Virus record (IMG/VR): IMGVR_UViG_3300030372_004181
Span: 1-61,606 of that record
DNA from: a virus
Lineage: Duplodnaviria; Caudoviricetes
DNA length: 61,606 nt
Direction: 5' to 3' (one strand)
Position 1 is the first letter of the stretch; each line of letters begins with the position of its first letter. Of the stretch, positions 56,230 through 61,606 are shown one piece after another. Position numbers and translations under genes: made by a program. The notes beneath the pieces were generated by a model, which saw only the letters and a program-made list of their open reading frames with translations, was not told the origin of the DNA and made no database searches.

Positions 56230-56914
56230 ATTAGAAAGATTAATATTTAAAGACTTAACCAAAAATAATTTTACTTTGAAAAAAGCAAAAGAATTGACGG
56301 GTGGTGGCATAACAAGTCAAAATAAAAAAATGCCATTTTATAATTATGACCTATCAGCTTATGATTGCATTAAAGGTACAGCATTGAGACAAGTTAAAAA
56401 TTCAGTTTGTGCGAGTTGTTATGCAACAAAGGGCAATTTTCATTATCCATCAGTTAAGGCCAGCCATCAATATCATTTAAAAAGTTTAGACAATGGCTTT
56501 CAATGGGTGTTAGGTATGGCATATCAAATTATTAAAACACAAACAAAATATTTTAGATTTCATGCAAGCGGTGATTTACAAAGTGTTGACCATGCAATTC
56601 AAATTATTAATCTGGCAAAATTAACCCCGTCTTGTAAATATTGGATACCGACAAGAGAAACAAAAATTTTAAAAGACTTGAAAGAGCAAAATATAATTAT
56701 TCCAAAAAATTGTGTGTTTAGAGTTTCAGCGCCTTTAATTGATGGCTTTCTTAATAGTAAAGTTTTTAAAAATACAAGCGCAGTTATTTCAAATAAAGAT
56801 AAAGCAAGAAACAAAGATAAAAATTGTCCGAGTTTAAGTCAAGGGGGACAATGTTTAGATTGCAGAAATTGTTGGGATAACAGAATTAAAAATATTAATT
56901 ATTTAATCCATTGA
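56222..56914 (+). CDS. Gp88-like Cys-rich protein
   Basis: KMP...L.A..C..G...VC..CYA.KG...FRFH.SGD...WIPTRE...C..CR.CW. Confidence 0.75.
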   Translation: MNKLERLIFKDLTKNNFTLKKAKELTGGGITSQNKKMPFYNYDLSAYDCIKGTALRQVKNSVCASCYATKGNFHYPSVKASHQYHLKSLDNGFQWVLGMAYQIIKTQTKYFRFHASGDLQSVDHAIQIINLAKLTPSCKYWIPTRETKILKDLKEQNIIIPKNCVFRVSAPLIDGFLNSKVFKNTSAVISNKDKARNKDKNCPSLSQGGQCLDCRNCWDNRIKNINYLIH

Positions 56915-56939
56915 CAGATAGCATTTCATAGTATATAGT
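56911..56939 (+). promoter_or_regulatory. sigma70 promoter
   Basis: TTGACA-17-TATAGT. Confidence 0.7.
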
Positions 56940-56968
56940 GAGGATAATAAAAAAGAGAAAGAATAAAA

Positions 56969-57286
56969 ATGATAGCAACAAAAGAAACAATAGAGAATAT
57001 AGTAGGCAATAAATTTTTCTACATATCCTATTTTAAAAAAGATGGCTCATTGAGAAAAATGCAATCAGCAAGATTAAATGTCAAAAAACATTTGAAGGGT
57101 GGAATAAATAGAAATCCAAATATAGGAAAAAATCAATTAATAGTATTTGATAATAATATTTCAGAATATCGAACTATTAATTTAGATAAAATATATAAAA
57201 TAAAATGTGGTGGAATTGAACTAATTGACAATCTAACGCAAGATATATTTAAAGAATTAAATCAACATGAGAAAGAGAGGGCATAA
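56969..57286 (+). CDS. SH3-like beta-barrel (WYL-like) protein
   Basis: F.KKDGS.R.M..RL.VKK..KGG...VFD...YR.IN. Confidence 0.7.
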   Translation: MIATKETIENIVGNKFFYISYFKKDGSLRKMQSARLNVKKHLKGGINRNPNIGKNQLIVFDNNISEYRTINLDKIYKIKCGGIELIDNLTQDIFKELNQHEKERA

Positions 57287-57553
57287 ATGAGTAAGGCGAA
57301 ATATTGTGCAAATTGCGGGTTTAAGTTCTATCCAAACGCATATAGTTCATATCCACAACCTGAGTACGAATTTAACTCGGAAACTAGAGAAACTAATCGT
57401 TATCAAGTAGCGCCAGCACACAAACATTTCCATTCACAAAGTTGTATGAAAAGTTGGATTGCAAAAAACTCTCAATCTTTTTCAAGATTAGTTGATGAGA
57501 TTGAATATATTAATAACAATAACAATAACAATAACAATAGAGAAAGGGCATAA
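57287..57553 (+). CDS. Zinc-finger-like protein with poly-Asn tail
   Basis: YCANCG...FHSQSC. Confidence 0.7.
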   Translation: MSKAKYCANCGFKFYPNAYSSYPQPEYEFNSETRETNRYQVAPAHKHFHSQSCMKSWIAKNSQSFSRLVDEIEYINNNNNNNNNRERA

Positions 57554-57557
57554 AGCC

Positions 57558-58577
57558 ATGAGTAAAATAAGAATGAATGAAGAATATAGAACTAAAATTC
57601 TTAATAGGTTCGTCGAACATATTGAGGGCGAAGAAACACAAGAGAAAACAGCGTATCTAAATGCGATTGCAAATATGGAAAATATTTATCAATCAACATT
57701 TGAAGTCGCAAAAAAAGTTGTTGAAAGAGCATATCCAAAAGAAGATGTTGAAACTTGCAAGACATTAAAAGAAAAATATGGTTCACCTCTTGATGTTGTT
57801 GCAAAAGATAAATGTTTTTACTTTTCAAGAGCAAAAGAAATGAATGAAGAAATCGATCAATATTCAGATGACCATTCAGAACATTTTGATTTTGGCTTGT
57901 TTGGAGCAACAAACAATAGTGAATATAGTTATGATGAGGGAGGCAAAAAATTCGCATATGCTTACATGAGAGATCACTTAAAAGATAAAGGATTAAACCC
58001 AGATATAATTGCACAACAAAAAGATAATCAAGATAATCCTTATAAATCTCAATGTATAAACGAAAATGATGAGGCACTAGGCAGAAACGGGAGGTATTCA
58101 CGCTATAATTCAGATAGAGATAATAGTAATGGAATAACCAAACAATTTGATGAGGCTTTTTATTTAGATATAATTGGAACTTCACATTGTAGATCAAGAA
58201 CTATTGATTGTACTAGTGAAGAATTTGAAACATTTAAAATTTTTAAAAGTGCAAAATCAAATGTTGCCAATACTCACCAGATTTGGATTGATACCATTCT
58301 TAAACAAAAAGAAATGATTAAGACGGGCTTAAAAGCATATCGAACATTAATTGAAGGTGTTGAGCTTATGCAAGAGTTGGGAATTGAAATTGATGAGGCG
58401 GATTTAGTCAAGGTTAATTCAACGGGCTTAACCATGTATAACCCCGTCAATTTAGCAGACATGATTAAGGGCATGAAGAATAAAACAATGACAAGAGAGC
58501 AAAAGATCGCAGAAAGAATTAAATATGAAAGCGATCATGTTGTAGTTGTTGACAATTCTTCAAGTGCGGTAAACTAA
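57558..58577 (+). CDS. Hypothetical early protein
   Basis: Long ORF; start moved to ATG 57558 after GAGAAAGGG. Confidence 0.85.
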   Translation: MSKIRMNEEYRTKILNRFVEHIEGEETQEKTAYLNAIANMENIYQSTFEVAKKVVERAYPKEDVETCKTLKEKYGSPLDVVAKDKCFYFSRAKEMNEEIDQYSDDHSEHFDFGLFGATNNSEYSYDEGGKKFAYAYMRDHLKDKGLNPDIIAQQKDNQDNPYKSQCINENDEALGRNGRYSRYNSDRDNSNGITKQFDEAFYLDIIGTSHCRSRTIDCTSEEFETFKIFKSAKSNVANTHQIWIDTILKQKEMIKTGLKAYRTLIEGVELMQELGIEIDEADLVKVNSTGLTMYNPVNLADMIKGMKNKTMTREQKIAERIKYESDHVVVVDNSSSAVN

Positions 58578-58578
58578 T

Positions 58579-58767
58579 ATGATGTTGAATGACTTTATAA
58601 TTCAAGATCATGGAACATTGGTGGGGTTCGTCCCCACTAATGAGAAAGGTAAAAAATGGTGGCAAGATCATGTTGAAAATTGCACACAAAGAGGTTCAGT
58701 CTTTCTTGTTGAAAGACGTTATGCAAGATTAATTATAAGTGGTATTGAACACGATCTGGAAGATTAG
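58579..58767 (+). CDS. Small hypothetical protein
   Basis: DHGT...P...W...VERRY motif. Confidence 0.7.
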   Translation: MMLNDFIIQDHGTLVGFVPTNEKGKKWWQDHVENCTQRGSVFLVERRYARLIISGIEHDLED

Positions 58768-58770
58768 AGT

Positions 58771-58947
58771 ATGAGCAAAATTGATAAGGGTTATATATTT
58801 GAATATGATAGACATGAGAGCTATGAAGAAAATTTTAATGTTTGGCGACGACGCAACAATCGAGAACGGGAAAGCTTTGGTTTAGAAAGATATACAGACG
58901 AAGAGGCGATTAAAGTATTTGATGATATATTTATTGATATAAAATAA
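58771..58947 (+). CDS. 58-aa hypothetical protein (not in ORF track)
   Basis: MSKIDKGY...SYEENF..W...ERESFG; fills the gap. Confidence 0.65.
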   Translation: MSKIDKGYIFEYDRHESYEENFNVWRRRNNRERESFGLERYTDEEAIKVFDDIFIDIK

Positions 58948-58950
58948 TAC

Positions 58951-58979
58951 TTGTAATTTATACTATATTATGCTATAAT
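58951..58979 (+). promoter_or_regulatory. sigma70 promoter (extended -10)
   Basis: TTGTAA-17-TATAAT, with ATTATGC before -10 as in other early promoters. Confidence 0.7.
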
Positions 58980-59006
58980 AAGATATTAATTAAGAGAAAG
59001 AATTAT

Positions 59007-59225
59007 ATGATAAATCAAGAAATATTAAAACCCATTGTTGATTTAATTAAAACACTATCCAACAAACAAATTGAATTAAGCACAGAAATATTAAAAATTA
59101 GATATGAAAATTTGGAACTACTTAAAATATTAAAATCAAGTTCAGTTTTAAATCAAGATGAAATTATTAAAATATATAAGAAGGGGGAGGATTATGAAAA
59201 TTCAAAAATCGAAACTAGAAATTAA
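59007..59225 (+). CDS. Small hypothetical protein
   Basis: GAGAAAG RBS after promoter. Confidence 0.65.
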   Translation: MINQEILKPIVDLIKTLSNKQIELSTEILKIRYENLELLKILKSSSVLNQDEIIKIYKKGEDYENSKIETRN

Positions 59226-59325
59226 TTTGCTGAAACAAATCCAACAAAAAGTGAAGGACAGAATAAAGAAAGATTATAAAAATATAAATCTATCACCATT
59301 TTTTAGACAGCGAGGCAGATCATGA
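59194..59325 (+). CDS. 43-aa basic peptide (not in ORF track)
   Basis: GGGGAGG RBS. Confidence 0.55.
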   Translation: MKIQKSKLEINLLKQIQQKVKDRIKKDYKNINLSPFFRQRGRS

Positions 59326-59420
59326 AAAAGATAATTAGACAATTAACATTTGAGGGGTGGTTTGTTGTATTTGCATTTGGCTATATCATTTCTCAAGTGA
59401 TAAGATATTTTATACAATAA
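59322..59420 (+). CDS. 32-aa membrane peptide (not in ORF track)
   Basis: GAGG RBS, ATGA coupling, hydrophobic core. Confidence 0.5.
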   Translation: MKKIIRQLTFEGWFVVFAFGYIISQVIRYFIQ

Positions 59421-59541
59421 TTAAAATATTCCTTAGACGTCTTTGGATAGAGAGAGTGTCAAAACTATGTATGCACACGCTTTTTGATACTCTTTCGCTT
59501 AAATATATTGCTTATTTTTTCAAGTGTTGTTATCTTGAAAA

Positions 59542-59940
59542 ATGGCTATCAAAACCGAGTCAAAACTATGGCTCTTAATTAAAAAAAACACCCCATCAAT
59601 TTGTTGGAATAGATTGGAAAACAGTATTAATGCTGGCCTGCCTGATTTAATCGGCTCTATTCAAGGACATAATTTTTTCACTACTGAATTAAAGATAACC
59701 CACGACAACAAAACAATTCGATTTTCACCTCATCAAATAGCTTTTCATAAAGTCAATCATGGTATTAAATTTATTATGGTTGCGCCCCTCGACCTCTCAT
59801 GCCTAAAACTTTTTGACCATCAAATAGCCGTCGTCCCTCGACCATTGATCGCTGACTATGAACCATTGATAACGATCAATGACACAACGGACAAAAGACA
59901 ATGGACAAAGCTCATTAAAATAATTCAAAATAAATGCTAG
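59542..59940 (+). CDS. PD-(D/E)XK nuclease, VRR-NUC / Holliday junction resolvase-like
   Basis: ES.LW...W.RLEN...G.PDL.G...ELK...FSPHQIAFH. Confidence 0.78.
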   Translation: MAIKTESKLWLLIKKNTPSICWNRLENSINAGLPDLIGSIQGHNFFTTELKITHDNKTIRFSPHQIAFHKVNHGIKFIMVAPLDLSCLKLFDHQIAVVPRPLIADYEPLITINDTTDKRQWTKLIKIIQNKC

Positions 59941-59947
59941 AAAGTGC

Positions 59948-59976
59948 TTGACAAGATTAGATTTTCATGATATAAT
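59948..59976 (+). promoter_or_regulatory. Consensus sigma70 promoter
   Basis: TTGACA-17-TATAAT; no credible ORF directly downstream. Confidence 0.8.
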
Positions 59977-59997
59977 ACATGGTATAATAGGGGGAGA

Positions 59998-60019
59998 AGT
60001 GTTGCATTTTTGCAACACT
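59998..60019. promoter_or_regulatory. Perfect palindromic operator-like box
   Basis: AGTGTTGCA-TTTT-TGCAACACT. Confidence 0.6.
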
Positions 60020-60103
60020 CGCTGCGCTCGTGGGTTGGCGCTTGCGCGCTCGCTGGCGCTCGCGGGTTCACCTCCAGCTCGCTCGCTTGCGCTCGCTCGC
60101 TTG
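60018..60103. repeat. GC-rich GCTC / CTCGCT-N(1-2)-CGCTCG repeat island
   Basis: Multiple copies; paralogous island at 60696..60749. Confidence 0.8.
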
Positions 60104-60121
60104 TCCGTTATTCCTGGAAAG

Positions 60122-60130
60122 TTATCCACA
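60122..60130 (+). promoter_or_regulatory. DnaA box
   Basis: TTATCCACA, perfect consensus, intergenic. Confidence 0.6.
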
Positions 60131-60148
60131 ATTAATGCTAGAAAATGC

Positions 60149-60177
60149 TTGACAACGGACCACGAATAGTTTATAAT
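60149..60177 (+). promoter_or_regulatory. Consensus sigma70 promoter
   Basis: TTGACA-17-TATAAT; shares upstream AATGCTAGAAA(G/A)TGC with the 59948 promoter. Confidence 0.8.
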
Positions 60178-60209
60178 ATGGGGTGGCGGGGCGGGATAAA
60201 ATAAATATT

Positions 60210-60225
60210 TGTTTCACGTGGAACA
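60210..60225. promoter_or_regulatory. parS: parS site
   Basis: TGTTTCACGTGGAACA; reverse complement TGTTCCACGTGAAACA fits chromosomal consensus TGTTNCACGTGAAACA. Confidence 0.8.
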
Positions 60226-60234
60226 AATTAACCG

Positions 60235-60263
60235 TTGACAGCTGTGCTTTATTATGCTATAAT
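60235..60263 (+). promoter_or_regulatory. Consensus sigma70 promoter
   Basis: TTGACA-17-TATAAT with ATTATGC before -10. Confidence 0.85.
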
Positions 60264-60296
60264 TAATTAAATTAAACAAAGAGAAAGAGAAAGCAA

Positions 60297-60590
60297 ATGA
60301 AACAAACACTAACTGAATTTGAATTTTGTAATCAATTTAAAAAAATAAGACCAGACAATTTTACATATGAGGGATTGACTGCATTGTTCGCATACTTCGA
60401 ACAATGGGAAGCGGACACCGGTCAAGAGATGGACTTTGATCCAATAGCTTTTTGCTGTGAATGGGCAGAGTATAAAGACATGGAAGAATTAAACGAGGAC
60501 TATAATGCCGACTATGATTTTGAATCATTGTGTGGTGACACTCAAGTCATAGCAATGAGCAATGGCGGTATTATAGTACAAAAATTTTAA
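60297..60590 (+). CDS. Acidic early protein
   Basis: R.DNFTYEGL.ALF.Y.E...FDPIA.CCEW.EY; own promoter and RBS. Confidence 0.8.
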   Translation: MKQTLTEFEFCNQFKKIRPDNFTYEGLTALFAYFEQWEADTGQEMDFDPIAFCCEWAEYKDMEELNEDYNADYDFESLCGDTQVIAMSNGGIIVQKF

Positions 60591-60596
60591 CATATT

Positions 60597-60662
60597 CCCG
60601 GCGCTTTTATTTGCTTTAGCGCCGGGCTTTCTCGCGTCCTGGGTTGTTTAGTTCCCAGGGCG
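60597..60662 (+). terminator. Twin hairpins / putative terminator
   Basis: CCCGGCGCT/AGCGCCGGG (60597-60626) followed by CTTTCT; second stem 60635-60662. Confidence 0.55.
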
Positions 60663-60677
60663 TAGAAAAAGCTTGAC

Positions 60678-60749
60678 TGTTGCAAAAATGCAACGGCTCG
60701 CTGCGCTCGCTAGTTAGCGCCAGCTCGCTCGCTGCCGCTCGCTCGCTCG
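60678..60749. repeat. Operator-like box plus GCTC repeat island (copy 2)
   Basis: TGTTGCA-AAAA-TGCAACG followed by CTCGCTGCGCTCG...GCTCGCTCGCT. Confidence 0.75.
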
Positions 60750-60784
60750 TTTATTATTTTTTTTTAAAAAAAAATTAAAAAAAT

Positions 60785-60793
60785 TTATTCACA
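60785..60793 (+). promoter_or_regulatory. DnaA box-like site
   Basis: TTATTCACA fits TTWTNCACA; same relative position (after GC island, before promoter) as 60122. Confidence 0.45.
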
Positions 60794-60811
60794 AATTAAT
60801 TTATTTTATTA

Positions 60812-60840
60812 TAGACAACAATCCCATAATATGCTATAAT
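60812..60840 (+). promoter_or_regulatory. sigma70 promoter
   Basis: TAGACA-17-TATAAT, extended TG. Confidence 0.8.
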
Positions 60841-60869
60841 GATTCTCAACTAAACAAGGAGAAAGCAAA

Positions 60870-61121
60870 ATGAATCAAGAACAAAAAATAATAGAAGCAG
60901 CTCTAGAAGAATTTCAAATAAAAGATGTGAGAGCAGAGACAGTGTGCCAGGCTATGAAATGTATTTTTCTAGTGTGTTGTACTCGCGATGATAAAAACTT
61001 AAGTAAGATGGCAACGAGCGACCTCGGTCTTTCGCTATTAAAACTTGCTCAATTTTATGGTGAGTCTGGAGAAACTAATCGAAGAGATTTTATTCTCGCT
61101 GCCGCTCGCTGGAGAAACTAA
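60870..61121 (+). CDS. Hypothetical early protein
   Basis: AAGGAG RBS; own promoter. Confidence 0.7.
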   Translation: MNQEQKIIEAALEEFQIKDVRAETVCQAMKCIFLVCCTRDDKNLSKMATSDLGLSLLKLAQFYGESGETNRRDFILAAARWRN

Positions 61122-61137
61122 TCGAAGAGATTTTATT
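61066..61137. repeat. 29-bp direct repeat
   Basis: CTGGAGAAACTAATCGAAGAGATTTTATT at 61066-94 and 61109-37, flanking CTCGCTGCCGCTCG. Confidence 0.85.
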
Positions 61138-61142
61138 AACTA

Positions 61143-61184
61143 TTGACAGTTGTCCCACATTATGCTATAATGTGGGCAACTTAA
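61143..61184 (+). promoter_or_regulatory. Consensus promoter plus palindrome (repeat of the 8..49 cassette)
   Basis: Identical to 8..49 and 61532..61573. Confidence 0.9.
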
Positions 61185-61206
61185 AACTAAACAAGGAGAA
61201 AGCAAA

Positions 61207-61524
61207 ATGACACACGATTATAGAAAACGATTAGAACCGCAAGACTCACAAAAAACTGTGCACGTTGGTACAAGTGACACCAGCGGAGACGTTAAGGTAG
61301 CGGACTTACAACTTAGCCTAATGTATCGCGCATTGCTGGCGCATCCAAGGAAGTTAACGCGCACACAGCCGCCGGCCCTGGCATGGTGGAAACAGGTCTT
61401 TGGACTGAAGGGCAACAAAGAAAAAATAAAAGCCGAAGCTAAAAAGATATGGCTGGCAAGACTAGGCCCACAGGACGACGGCTACAAAGACCGAGTGTTA
61501 AAAGTTACAACCTCCGGTGAGTAA
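61207..61524 (+). CDS. Hypothetical early protein
   Basis: AAGGAG RBS; GLKGNK motif; flanked by identical promoter cassettes. Confidence 0.8.
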   Translation: MTHDYRKRLEPQDSQKTVHVGTSDTSGDVKVADLQLSLMYRALLAHPRKLTRTQPPALAWWKQVFGLKGNKEKIKAEAKKIWLARLGPQDDGYKDRVLKVTTSGE

Positions 61525-61529
61525 TTAAG

Positions 61530-61606
61530 TATTGACAGTTGTCCCACATTATGCTATAATGTGGGCAACTTAACAGGAGAAAAAGCAAATGAAAGATCAA
61601 ATGGAC
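61530..61606. repeat. Terminal direct repeat / circular overlap (copy 2)
   Basis: Identical to 6..82. Confidence 0.9.

Noticed and set aside
58960-58975. Additional single NrdR-like box
   Set aside because: Mismatch at a core position, no partner at ~31 nt, and explained by the promoter sequence.
59948-60169. 73-aa ORF over the GC island
   Set aside because: Starts at the TTG of a -35 hexamer; the low-complexity A/R/L product simply reflects the DNA repeats.
60764-60778. CtrA box TTAA-N7-TTAA
   Set aside because: Lies within a poly-T/poly-A tract, so a chance match is likely.
61136-61606. Repeated palindromic units as a CRISPR array
   Set aside because: The repeats are promoters separated by whole genes; no regular short spacers and no cas operon.
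1-61606. tRNA genes, integrase, alternative genetic code
   Set aside because: No cloverleaf or integrase motifs found by eye; long genes are intact under the standard code. tRNAscan-SE and HMM searches would be needed to exclude them formally.

Overview
The window is an apparently complete ~61.5-kb AT-rich dsDNA tailed-phage genome. It is circular by a 77-nt end overlap (6..82 = 61530..61606). Gene order is terminase large subunit, a cluster of small basic proteins, portal, GroES, scaffold, major capsid protein, amidase/holin, four tail fibres, nozzle and internal virion proteins. It continues with SNF2 helicase (-), SSB, primase, SF1 helicase, family A DNA polymerase (Leu762 type), nucleases, terminase small subunit (-) and an early region of promoter-gene cassettes. 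This resembles marine podoviruses of Alphaproteobacteria such as HTVC023P-type pelagiphages (inference from gene content and order, not a database search). No integrase, tRNA, CRISPR array, RNA polymerase, ParB, DnaA, NrdR or catalytic ribonucleotide reductase gene was recognised. The most striking signal is non-coding: the genome carries consensus-like binding sites for host proteins it does not encode. These are three tandem NrdR-box pairs (one overlapping the promoter of a stand-alone NrdJ C-terminal-like gene), a canonical parS site, two DnaA boxes, four copies of an 18-bp palindromic operator and several perfect sigma70 promoters. Together they suggest a cis-acting host-factor decoy or landing-pad system. 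Other notable items are a pseudoknotted 5' leader RNA, a recurrent xxGG(R)-type motif across virion proteins, an uncalled metallothionein-like ORF and an origin-like inverted iteron array.
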